NCBI GenBank assembly: GCA_002633005.1
Contig: NMRA01000102.1
Location: forward strand, 788,345 to 852,344
Length of the DNA stretch: 64,000 bases
Source: Phoronis australis
Taxonomy: Eukaryota; Animalia; Phoronida
Direction of reading: 5' to 3'
Of this stretch, positions 25,807 through 38,400 are shown piece after piece (positions within the stretch are counted from its first letter, which is position 1; every line of letters starts with the position of its first letter). The notes below the pieces were generated by a model. It worked only from the letters and a program-made list of their open reading frames with translations, ran no database searches and was not told where the DNA came from. The translations under genes were made by a program, and so were the position numbers.

Positions 25807-27265
25807 GACATGTGTTAATGTTTGGTTACCAAAAAAAGAAAATAAAAAATAACGGGAATTGTTTTCTCCGTAAACTCACTAGAGACATGTAGTGTTGGTA
25901 CAGAACCCTTAGGCATCTTTAAAGGGTTAGCCTGTAATTCATCTACAAAATAAAATATAAGGGATAAAACAAAAAGTTATTGAATATTGAATACAGACGA
26001 TATGCAAAATAAGTTACAAGAATAAAAAAGAACAAACGGATATTTATAAAATATTCAATGTAGACGATTGATGAAGAGCAACAAAGGGTTGAATATCAAT
26101 TAAACAAAATTTAAAAATCTCTCAACAGTGAACAGTTAAGAAAATAATAACTTATCGCTACCTTGAAAACACTGATCTTGGAATAGTTTATATTATGTAG
26201 ACTGTGTCAAATATCTTTTCTGTTGGCTGATATCTTCGGCGTTCGAGGTTTTATATACCCGTTGTGAAGCACATAGACGGGAGAGGCATATGCTTGTCAA
26301 AATATTGAAAAGATCCAGCATCTTATTAAAGTGTCAAAGTCGCGGAATTATACTTATTCAAATTATACATAATTGAACCTGCATGGAATAAGATAAGAAA
26401 AACATATGTAAGTAATCTAGTACGCAATTAATATGAAGCGTGTCCACTCTGGCCCTTGTATCTCTTCTCCCGTAGACATAAGAAAATCCGATTGGACATT
26501 CATTAATTTGCTACCTGTACGGGTAACGGTGTCTGAACGTCTTGGTGATTTTTATAGTGTATTCCAATGTACTTTGTTATTAATGCACGTTTAAAAATAT
26601 TAAGTTTGTGTTCCATTTTATGTGGTCATAATATCTTAATACTTTAGTAACGTAGGTACATGTACCTGGTTTAGGTATACGCGACATCTGTTGTTGAGTT
26701 GGGTGGTTACAATATCCCCTTATCGTCTTTCACCGGTTATACGCTACATCTGTTGTTGAGAGATGAGAGAAAAGAAAGGGAATAATACAACGACACACGT
26801 GGCGCACGCAAAATAAGATAATCAACCTTTCGTTCTAATTTAGTACGCAGCATAATCCCTATTTTGTTTAATCCGGTCTCAATCAGTTGAACTCTACAAA
26901 CACAACGTATATAACATCTTTTTAGTGTCAGAATATCCGAGAGGTGGACGGTGCCACGCCCTAACCTACAGTGTACCTGATGTCGTCAGCAGTAACGTGA
27001 TTTCCCATTCCACCTTGTCTTCCTTACGGTTTACCGACTACTTCCGGTTACGTGCATGACCTTGACGTTGGATCGAGGTCCCTGTCTAACTAGGTCCAAT
27101 TAAACGTATTACGTATTGAGTTTTGACATCATTGTCACTTCCATCCGGTAGGCGGATGATGTCCCTTTCGGTTGCACCCACCACACGTGACTGTTGGCCT
27201 TTAATTTGTGATCTATGACCTTTGGTCGATGCGCAGCTCAACCGTGCCGCGAAAACAACTTTACT
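25807..27265 (-). repeat. Right terminal inverted repeat (about 1.46 kb) of the Polinton relic
   Basis: Its reverse complement aligns colinearly with 23161-24587, with substitutions and indels. Confidence 0.9.
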
Positions 27266-28169
27266 ATTTTATTGCCAAGGGATAACCACATGGCGTTTTA
27301 CTGTGAGCGTGATTCTACACACTTTAATTCAGAAATTTTTGAGAAGGTTAAATGAAGTAGATAGTTGTAATCAACGTGCCCAAGTGGTTGTTATCCCTGG
27401 CCATAAAACTGGGACAAGGGGAACATCTTCTCAATTTTTCGTAAACATTAATTACTTAGGTGGCTGCAATGGTAATTAAATTGAAGTGCCCAAATGGGCA
27501 TCGTCCCCGTCGTAATTTGAGGACAGAGCAAGCCTCTATCCGTAAGTGTAAATCGATTAACTATTGTATGAGCATCTGATTTAAGAAAAAATTCAATCAC
27601 AGCACTGGTATATCAGCTGACTTATCATCAGTTGCATCAACTAGTCTAATTGTCAGACGGTCAACATTTTTAGGCGACAAATCACAAGGCATGTTAGGTT
27701 GGTGGTGAATCAATTCCTGATAAGTCCGTCTGAAAAATTGCATACCAACTTACTTGTAGCTAAATGTTAAATTAGTGTTAACAGTTCGCGTCCCGATGCC
27801 TGAATATTCAAGTAGAACTCAAAGATAAATACATGTACCTTGTGGCTTAAGAAGCCAAGTACCACAGATCATACTATAACAATAGAAAGACAAATATTGT
27901 GAAGAGTGAAGAATCCACAGTTTCCAGAAATATTTTTCTACAGTTTTGTTAGGAGTTCAATGGATCAAAGCTTCTAACACATAGAGATGTTATTTGACTT
28001 TCAAATCTAAAGCGAGACTTTGAAGCTATACTTCAGAATGCTGGTGTGCATGAAGTCATGTGGATACTGAGGCAATCATAAGAAACGACTGTAGAAGCTA
28101 CCCACAGTTGCAATTTGTGTCCAACTAAGTGAATTGAGTCTAGTGTTCAGTAATTCACTTGCTGACACA

Positions 28170-28500
28170 CTGATTAACACAGCCCTAACATATTTTGAAT
28201 CAAACCTGTGCCCAATTCCTGCCTGCCTCCGAACAAGAACTCAGTGTTTGACCCTTCACTGCATGCGGGCCAATTACCAGTGTGGAGTGCTGTACACTCT
28301 GTAATCGGCCATAGTTGGCTCCTTGGCGGTGGAGCTGTGCAGTGGATGGCAATGCCCTCAGCTCCATTGACATTACTAAACGATGTACGCTTCAAGTTCA
28401 AAAAGCACATTCGTGCAGGGAAACTGAGTTTGTGCTGCAATGTTAGATCAAACTGTACAGAAATGTGCAGTTGTGACAACTTTAGTAACATCGGCAACAC
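28170..28500 (+). mobile_element. Decayed C-terminus of an Academ-type DNA transposon protein (post-XPG region plus Cys-rich CXC-like zinc finger)
   Basis: Motif series across two frames: LPP, LHCMRANYQ, GHSW, QWMAMPSAPLTLL, KFKK, CTEMCSCDNFSN. It resembles the LPP..H..RANYQ..W..GW..W..P.AP..C.CKK..CT..C.C..C.N pattern recalled for Academ proteins. Confidence 0.6.
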
Positions 28501-29424
28501 TGACTGCAAAACTTTGGATAGCTCTTTGACAAGACAATAGTAAATAGACCGCTAACTTCTCCAACCCCGTTATTTCGTTATATTTTTGTGTTAAAAAGTG
28601 TGAGCTGTGAATTTTATTTGTTCATTTAATCATAGAAAGTACACACTCTGATCATGCTTGCTAGACATTCTCAGAATAACCTAATAATTTCTTACAGTCG
28701 ATGTGAACATTTACGGAGATCATTCAGCTTTGTTGTTTTTTGTTCAGCATATTTCTGCTATATTATGCAAACACATTGTGTTTTATTCCATTAATCAATG
28801 GTGCAGTCCCTGACACACATATTTTAACCATATTTGAGTGCACTATGTAATTTCACTTGTCGGCCAATGTCATGATAACCTCGTATTAACATTCAGGTTT
28901 AGTTCGTATTTTTGCCACTATGTGTCACTTTACATCTTTTAAATTTGTAACTCCTCTACAAAGTGAAACATATAACGTGAGTGTATTATTTATAAATACA
29001 ATGATACTGATGAGACCTGATTATTTGCTTTATAAAACGGTAGGAAGAGTGTTACTTCTACAAGTATGTGTTCACTAAGGTCTTAGGTAACTATTACCTA
29101 ACTTCGAGCCCAAATTTCTCAAAACTGTGCAACGTTATTAGCGGGAACTTTTTAGATTTTGAAAACACACTAGTGAATGAATAAAAAACACCAAAATAAA
29201 ATTGCCCTCCTAAAGCACTCACAAAAAGTATTTTCTAGAGATTTTACAAAACTTGGCCTACTGCCTAACGTGGTCGTAAGAATAATATGCGATGGATAAA
29301 AGAGGAACTTCAAAATTCGTTACTGAGAGAAAACTTAAGCTCACGAAGATAGGCAATATATGAATGAGTACGCACGCGCGATTCGTGACTGTTATTTCTG
29401 ATTTATCATCCTCAGGAAGACGAA

Positions 29425-32400
29425 ATGACCGAACTCAAGCAAGTGTCAGTTTCTGAAGACAGCACGTCAGACACTACTGAACAAACTAGTAGCTCAGCCC
29501 GAGGCAACTGGGGAAACCAGGTGGAATTCCTGCTCTCCTGTATTGGCTACGCTGTGGGTCTTGGAAACATTTGGAGATTTCCGTATCTATGCATGAAAAA
29601 TGGCGGAGGTGAGTTGAAAATATTTGTTATACGGAATATACTAATCCTGTTTAGACAATTTTAGCATCTCTATATGATTTTCAAACGTTGAAGTTTGATT
29701 AAATCTCAACATTGGTTTTCGTTCACTTTTGACTTGAAATAACATGGTCGGTGCACCATAGGGGGCTGGGGGGGGCTATAGACCCACTTTTTTCCGTGCT
29801 GTGCCGCCCATGAAGAACTGACCTCTCAAAAAGCCTGCTAAATTAGCAAACGTCCACCGTCGGACTCTTCCAATGACTTAGTAGACGGTTGCGGGGGAAA
29901 GACTGCCCAAAAAGAATCACGGAATTCCCTTCATGACAAAAGGCGGAAGTTGTTTGAGTAAATAATTCGTTGTGTATTACATTGTATCTCAGCGTAGTGT
30001 AATAACTAGTGACATGTCCAGTTTTGGATGAAATCACAATACGGGTATTACCATGCGTTCTTCAGATTCTATTACTAGCTAGCAAGTCGTTCAGAAGAGG
30101 CAGTTTGGCCTAGTAGTATAAGTGTCTGCTTCATTTTCCCAATGTCGTGGGTTCGAGTCCCACTGAGGCACTCAGCTGGACCCTTGTGTCTAGTGTCTAG
30201 CGTATCAGCTCGGTTTTAACGAGATATTAATAAACCATAAAAATGGTTCCAGGTGATCTGTACACCTGAGCAGCATACTCACGTCTGGTACAACGCGTGA
30301 CAGACCAGCTACAAGTATTATATTAACAAATCGTTATTTTACTACCCTTTTGTTTGATTTCAGGAGCCTTTCTCATCCCCTACTTCTTCTTCATGTTTTT
30401 CTTCGGAGTACCGATGTTTTTCATGGAACTGTCCCTTGGTCAATTCTCGAGTACAAGTCCGCTCAGTATATGGGGCCTGTGTCCTCTTTTCAAAGGTATG
30501 TTCCTATATGAGCTGTAATTTACAGCCGCCAAGTGAAAATTGAATCGTGACCCAAGCCAGGGGTGCGTTCATTAACGCTAGCCGGACCTACGCAAGGACC
30601 TAACTAAAATCTAGCCAAAGTCACGTGTTCTGATTTAATACAAGGCAACATCTCACGTAAGTTCGCTAAGTCTTGCTTTTTAGCGAAGTCCTAGAGTTAC
30701 TGAACGAGAGCCTGGTCTGTCTAGAACAAAGATACGTCATTTAACGATGTTGCCCGCGCAGCCAACACCACTTACTAAGCGACGATGGGTGTCGCTATTC
30801 CTTAGTGATTTCACCATTTAGTCCGTGGATGTGCCAGTTTAACGGTTGAAGTAATCACGGGGAAGAAAATAATGGCAGAGGCAGAGGAAAAAAAGACTGT
30901 CCGGGATATGTCGACCGACATCGGCCAACATCTTTTTCCATTCATGTTAGTAAATTAATACCCTCGAATGTCCATATAGTCTGGGATTTAGAGGAAACAA
31001 AAATAGACATGGCGTTCTTTGTGCTATGCGAACGCGTCTTGAGGACATTATGGTCAGGGTCACCTCGTGTCACATACTTTGTTCGCGAGTGGGTTTGTAC
31101 AATAAACTATATTGTTTCAGGCATGGGCTATGGTATGTTTATAGTCTCCGGCTGCACTACTATATACTACAATGCCATCATGACATGGGTTCTCTACTAC
31201 CTCTTCAGTTCCTTCACCACGCAGCTCCCTTGGCTTTTTTGTTCAAACAATGCAACGTGCGAACCAAGAGACGCCAATCGCTCCGATGAATTCTTCTACA
31301 ACTTGTCATCTTTTGGGGGAGCTGAGAACCTTTCCTTTGAAGCCGCTGTTGGCAATGAAACGATTAAGAAAATGACTCCAGCAGAACAGTTTTGGCAGTA
31401 TGTATTATGAAATTATGTTTGTACTTACGCGTCGTCATTATGATTACGTCAACATGTTTCTTAAATCAAAATTTCATTTTCAAGAAAGTTACCTTCAATG
31501 AAAAATAAGCCCTTGGCGGAATATAAAGTTATAAATGAAAATTTCACAATTATTTCTGAATTGCTGTTTGGAATTTCGATTACTCGTTTAGTTTTGTTTC
31601 TATGACAAATGAACTTGCAAAACCTACATATTAGCAGTCGTATTCGGCTTGCTCTATGGCACACAAAAACTAGGCGTTTGGAAGGAAAATCCTAACAGCG
31701 TTTTCGAGATTGATGAGTAAAATTGTAAAGTTTCCGTGAAATTCACCGCGCTGTTTCGGGAAATTGTGTTTTTAGGGTTCGAATTAAGTCGATTTGAAAA
31801 AGCGGAAAGCATCACGAGCTTCAAAATCTGACGGTTATCGCTTAATTGTTCGGTGAAAACTTATTTTGGTCAATGTAACGGCTATTGCTTACCTTAACCA
31901 CGTTCGCTATTGAACATTCACTCGTAATGTCACCTGAATTTACTGTGCGTGATTAACTTAATTATCACTAAAACCTTTTAATTTAGTGAATGTGTCTCGA
32001 GTCAATCTAGGTCGACGCGGGGTCAGCCAACAGTTCATTGTGATGCTGACGTGAAACAAAGTACTAGATGGACAACAGAAATCTAGTCAGTGGTTAAAGC
32101 GCGCTCAGAATACTAGATCGAAACAGCAAAATGTCAGATTACCTATCAAATTAATGAATTTGGGTGAGGATTCATTTCTTTTCACAACTTCTTTTGTTCG
32201 TGAACACAAAGTTAAAGAGGCGGTGCGGCGACTCGCTGACACGGTGCGTTCGTTTTCAACTGTCGTGTGCATGGTGACGCACAAGTCCCACGGGATCAAA
32301 ACTACGTTTTGTCTCGTTTTCCACGGCATCTTTCTATCCTACATGTACGCACATCGCGTTGACCCAATATTATGGCGATTCGGAGATTGAAAGGGCTGAG

Positions 32401-35400
32401 GGTACATAGGGAACTGTTCTGTGGCTGATTTGAGTGACAGCCCTGCAATCTTTGACCTTGGATAAGTATTAAACAAAATACCAAGCGGTTTAAGGTACAT
32501 GGTTCTGCTAAATCTTTGTTCTGTCACTCTACGGTATATATTCCGTATTTGAAGTTCCTCGAGAATAAAGATAATTTATTTTGCTCGACATATGCGAAAT
32601 TTTGTGAAAACGGCCAATTAAGTAAGGTACTGGCCTTTTCCCTGAAAGTGGTTAGGCCAAGCTAAATACATGCAGAATAACTATTCTCGCGGTGTGTGAT
32701 TTTTGTCGGGATTAATAAAATATGAATGCTTAGTCGTTAAATTTTACTCTGGTGTAAAACTTGTTCCTCTTAGTCAATAAATGGTCTGCTTCAGAATTAT
32801 TATTTCTTTACCTTGGTAAAAGAACTGATATTTTTCACCGTATTTATTCCGCCCATAGCCTTTAGTTCTTCGTCAAAAACACCATTTTTGCTAACTTACA
32901 TCTGGCTATCATCAACGAAAGCTTTTTTAACACTGTATTGGCATTTATAAACCAATCTTATGGCTTGTTTCAATCTTATAATTGGATCATTTGTTTTAGA
33001 GACACCGTATTACAGCTGAGTCCTACAATAGAGAATCTTGGCCACGTCCGTTGGCAACTCCTGCTCTGTTTACTTCTTGCTTGGGTCATCGTCTTCACAT
33101 GTCTTTCAAAGGGCGTGGAAACCTCGGGCAAAGTAAGCTAGATTCTTTATTTGCTTCAGCATTGGGGCGTTTATCTTTCTAAAGTCACCGACAGATGTTT
33201 AAAACTTATGCTGGTAAAAATAGGATATAACGGTCTTGACCTTAGTTAAAACAACAGTCCTGAGTAATTATCGAGCGCATGTTATCCAGAATTTGACCTT
33301 GGTGGAAGACATCAACGTGCAGAAAATTACAACACTGTCTCCCTCACAGAATTACCTTGAGTGTTGTTAACATCAAATATAAACAAATATCTCATCTGTC
33401 AAAACATCCTGCCTTGATCCCAACAATTTAAATTCTTACGTCACAATACATGTTTCGCAGCCGCAAGGGTTGCTGCGAACAGTAAATTGCGCAGTCAGAG
33501 AGCGGTGTGGTGACTATTAGTATTAGGTGGTGGAAATGGCAAATTTGCCTGATCCCAAGTTGCATGTCCCCTGTCGTAACAAAAAGGACAAATTCTTGTA
33601 GGAGAAATATGGACCTACCTCATATACATGTGTAAATAAGACGACCTGTAAGTAAGGGACTAGATAACATTAATAATGCGTCCTGTAATGTCAAAGCCTA
33701 CATGTATATCCCTTATTCCGGATGTCACGAAGTGCACTCTGTCTTTGGTCCACCACTTCAACCCATAAGGTTCCCCCCTACAGTCAACCTTTAGATGACG
33801 TAATCCTCTCTCGCCGCCACTTCATTCTGGGACGGAGGTGATTTTTTCTTAACTGAAGCGACTAAGCTGCGTGTAGAACAACAACCAACAGAGAAGGTGG
33901 AGCAAAATATTTCTGCAAAATACATTTTGTTATTTTGAGATTAATATGGCATCCAATACATCGCAAGTTTTTTGGGGCGGTGAAACATTTCGCCACAACA
34001 AAGCTCTTCTCAGTCGTCTGCTTTTCGTATAGTGAAAATACGTTCCTGCACAGGCCAACTTCCAAGACTTCTTGACAAGCGCTTAAGTCGTGTACCTGGT
34101 TTACATATTCATCCTTCAGAAAATGTCAGTCATATTCCAAAATGTCAGTCATCCCAAACAATTCCCGCTCTGCTGTCAGTGTTAAAAGCATTTGGGAATG
34201 TGTTGCACGTGTTTTTTTTTAAGTAAACCAATGGTGTTCTGAGAACTCTTAACCGGGAAATGTCATGAAAATTTGAAAATAGTTTCGTATCCCGTTATGG
34301 CTGGAAAACGACCCTCACTGGTCGGTAGAGTATCAGCAACGGATTTACATGTAACTGAGCCACCCTCCTGGTAGCAGAAAAACACAAAAAAGTCCTATTC
34401 TATTTTATACTCGATTTGTTGTCTTGAGACTCAGGGTGCTGGGTCTAAACCCAACTTAACACGGGGAGTAAAGTGGGTCAGTAATTTCTAAATTGTGATG
34501 ACGCGCCCTTGCTACTATATTGCCTGTGTAACTCACATATTTGGTTTCTGAGTAATTATATTTGAACTTGACGAACTGGAACTTCAATTCCAAACGTACC
34601 CTCTTTCACAGTACTACAGATTTATCATTGCGAGAAGATCAGGCAACACAGCATTTTGTTGATTAATAGATCCAGGTTATATTCCGACATCCCGAATGGT
34701 TCTGGTTGAGAAATGCATCGACATAGCGCGCCATCTATTGATAAATGTGTTTGTGGCTTGTAGCTGCTGGATTGACGAAAATTTGAGTACACTTATGTAT
34801 TCCGCACACAAGTCGGTGTAGTTTGACTCGCACACGATTACAAGTATTCAAAAAGCACGACGAACGATTCACTTTACTTTTTGGGCTCATCCCCCTGCCG
34901 TATGAAATCGCCAAATGTCCAAACCAAGTCATGCGCTTTGACGCTCTCACGCGGATACTGCGTTACGCTCATCACAATAATTGAAATTATTTCACTGGAC
35001 CAAATTTGCACGTAGGTGGCGCTGTGAAAGAAGGTATCTCAACCATACGGGGAGAACTGTAATTTCAGGCCGCAAAATTCTTCCCCGTCCGATTTTTAAG
35101 ACTGAAAGACGATACCTTGACGCGTGAAAATTGCATTTAGGCTTAACGGAAACAATTAAGTTCATTTTCAGTTGAGAACTCATTGTAAAGTTAAATTCTC
35201 CAGCAGGCAGTGTATTAGATTTGTTATCAAGTTCAACAATTAATTCGCACAGACCGGCAACTCGGCTACGCGCTTACGCTGAAAGCATTTTATTGAACTA
35301 ACACTAAACCAAGAGTTGTTGGAAAAGTAAAGAATGATCAGTCAGGAATTGACCGAAATCAACTTCATTTTAGCTTCCCTGTCATTGTTTGAAAGTGTTC

Positions 35401-38400
35401 CAGTCAGCATTTCCCAGCTCATCACACCAGTACAAACTTTTGACTCGCCTCGGCGGGAATTTCCAGTCCATCGGCGATGAATTATACCAGACCCAAACAC
35501 TATGAATCTAGTGGCGCGAAATTAGGAAATTGACATGTTTCACGTTGAAATACGGAATTCCAATTAATTTTGTAAAAATGTTACTGATTCTGTAGTATTT
35601 TACTGATTGTGTACGTTTACCATACTCGTAGAAGCCTCGAAACTAACTGAAGTAGTTGGAATTGCTTCACATGGTTGTTGAATTCAGGGATAGGATTGTT
35701 TTGATTAATTTGAATATCTCCACAGGTCACTGGCCGCCTCCATGAAGTCGCGTGAGTCATGTGAGAATTCGCATTTGCTTCTGTTAGATTCACCAATATG
35801 TTCGTTGTATCGGTAGATGACTTTTCTTAAAGAATTGTTACGTTAAACTGGTGAATACATTGAAACAGGAATCAGTACAATAGTCTCTTTCAGGAAACTT
35901 GTCGTATAGTTCGTGTAGTCGTTGGAGCCACCTCGGCCTGTCACATAGCGCTTCTTATGTCAAACTGTCGAAATTATAATTATTCTTTTATAAATCATAA
36001 ACTGTAAAATGGACGACGGTTTTATGCGCCGCCCGGAGTGTGTTTATTTGGCGGCATATTGCCGTCATCTTTGTCAGGTGACTATCCCACCGGTCGTCCG
36101 GTGTCCGTGGCTGTATCTACCTTAACAGCATGCAGGATAATTGTGAAAATTGGCAAACGTACAGTATTATTGTGTAGGCGACAACGGATGACGACTACTT
36201 TGAGAGTGGACCGTTTTTCGCTGTGCACCCTATTGGTAATTTTATTGTTTTAAGTTTATCTGTGTACCGTCGGAGTTACTTGACGGATGTTCATGAAATT
36301 TGGCAAATAGGTATCTTTTAAGGACATGACGAAGGCATCCCGTTTTCGCTGAATAATAGATTAGACGTATTCTGCGTCTCTTGCTTGTCACTATACTATT
36401 TCTGAGGCAGTTATTTGGTGTCCTCAATCCTCGATCGTCTGCCAAACCTCTTTAAAAATCAGTATGAAAATAGGCAGATGTGTTGCTATTGAGAATCATA
36501 AGTCTGATATTAATTTTCGGACGGGTCAGACAACTGTAGCTCACCCTAGTGGCCGTTTTGACAAGTGTATTCCTATAAATACAACAACGGACGAAGAGGA
36601 ATTCTGGATGTATCCGACAACTGCCCTGGCCTTAAGTTGCAATTTTTTGTTTTGTCAGTTTACTCTGGTTTTTCGCACGAATATTCATGAAATTACGAAA
36701 GTATATTACTACATGTTGATGTTACATAAACGATGACGCCTTGGCGTCTGCCTTGTGGTGGCCAAAATACTCTTAGGGTCATGATGAAAATTGGCATGTG
36801 AGTTTCTACTGGGAAGATCACGGGTGACAATGAGAGACTGGCGTAACGATTTTGTTGCTTTACCTTTTGTCTCAATATTTACCAAGGTCTATGATAAGTC
36901 TTCATGAGGTTTGATATGTGTTTCAGTGTCTTGGGCAGAGTACTACTGACGGGGAATTCGAGACTAATCCGAGTACTGAGGATTGTCTTTTACTAATGGC
37001 ACTTTCGGTATCCTTCGCCCTTACCTGGATATCTACCAAGTTCGTAAATGGGCCGGACATCCATGAAATGTGGCGAAAAATTATTCCATTTTCATGATGG
37101 CGACAGCACCTGCACCGTTTCAGGCGGGATTGAGCTATGCCATGCGCTCACTTATGATTTTATATACTTTTGTGTCAGTTTTTTGTAGTCCGTGTGACTA
37201 TCTGCGAAACTGTTTGAAGAATCATGGAGAAAGGTGACACGTGTTTTCCTACTGAGAAGCAAGAACATTGCTTTCTTGCGATGCGCTCCCTAGATGCTAG
37301 TTAATTTTTATTGGTGTTGCTCCCTTTAGTGGGAATGTAACTTTGAAATCATGATCACCGCTTGTATCTCGTTTTTGCGATGCACATGTTGGGCGAATTT
37401 TACAACGTAATGCCTGAGACATTACCTCTGATTTTAGGACACTAAAATGTTGTATGACGTGAGAACGAATATTCGCCTACTTAACGTGACGGTATCTTTA
37501 AGTAAAGCTTGTTTGTCCATACGTCTAGTTATAGTTTCTTAACATTTCCTAATGATTGAGCAATACACCCTGTCACGGCATCTGTTAGCATTTTTTCAAT
37601 ATCTTTATTCAGCCATGAATTCTTCTTGATACCAGCTCATCATTGTGGAATGCCCAACATATTATCTATCCACTACGGCTGCGTTGCTCATAGCGAGATG
37701 TTCTTTTGTTTACCCAATCAAAGAGCAAGGTGCATGATCCCGACTAGTTGCCCGAACTCGTCACTTCACTTTTTGCTGACAATACATGAGAACAGCAACT
37801 ACCCGTAAAACGTCTGTGCAGGGGCACCGTCACAACTACATGTATGTGGTTCGTTACCTTCGCGAAATCGGAAAATAAACCGAGTGGGGATCGGAAAACC
37901 TCAGTAGGTAATTTTACATATACCATACTGGAAGAGTGTCTCCACCTACATTGTTAAAATCTCACTGACTTGCTTGTTGGACTTAGTTACGGTAACTACT
38001 CGGTAGGCGTGGCCGACTGCATTTGTTGCAACGTTATACTCCGACCACTCTGCGGACTTGGGTTATCGAAGTTAGCAAAGTGACGTCCTCGGGCAGTTGC
38101 AAGCTTACTGAACGAATTCGTTTGTGATAAATAAATTGTTGCTAAATGCGCAAACTATGCTTTTTAGTGAAATAATTGTACTTGCTTCAACTGCATGTTG
38201 TCTTTCTATAGAAGTATCGATTTGTACACGCTCTTATAGTCTTCAACCACGCACGGCGTTCGATTACTTGAGCCCATACATGTATATGCATACATGTATG
38301 TGGGCGCATTATGTCACCATCCCCTTCCATCCGTCTGTCCGGTCCTCCATCAGTCCTGCGTCTCCTGCTTATCTCCAAAACTCCTGCATGAATATTTTTG

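Larger units (their letters stand above)
23161..27265 (+). mobile_element. Internally deleted Polinton/Maverick (adintovirus-like) element: long TIRs enclosing capsid and protease pseudogenes
   Basis: 23161-24587 is the diverged reverse complement of 25807-27265. Termini read AGCAAGTAGTTTTCG and CGAAAACAACTTTACT (5'-AG...CT-3'). The interior encodes Polinton MCP and adenain homology. Confidence 0.85.

Noticed and set aside
23155-27271. 6-bp target-site duplication for the Polinton relic
   Set aside because: The flanks (CTCAGG vs ATTTTA) do not match, so no TSD is claimed and the exact termini are uncertain by a few bases.
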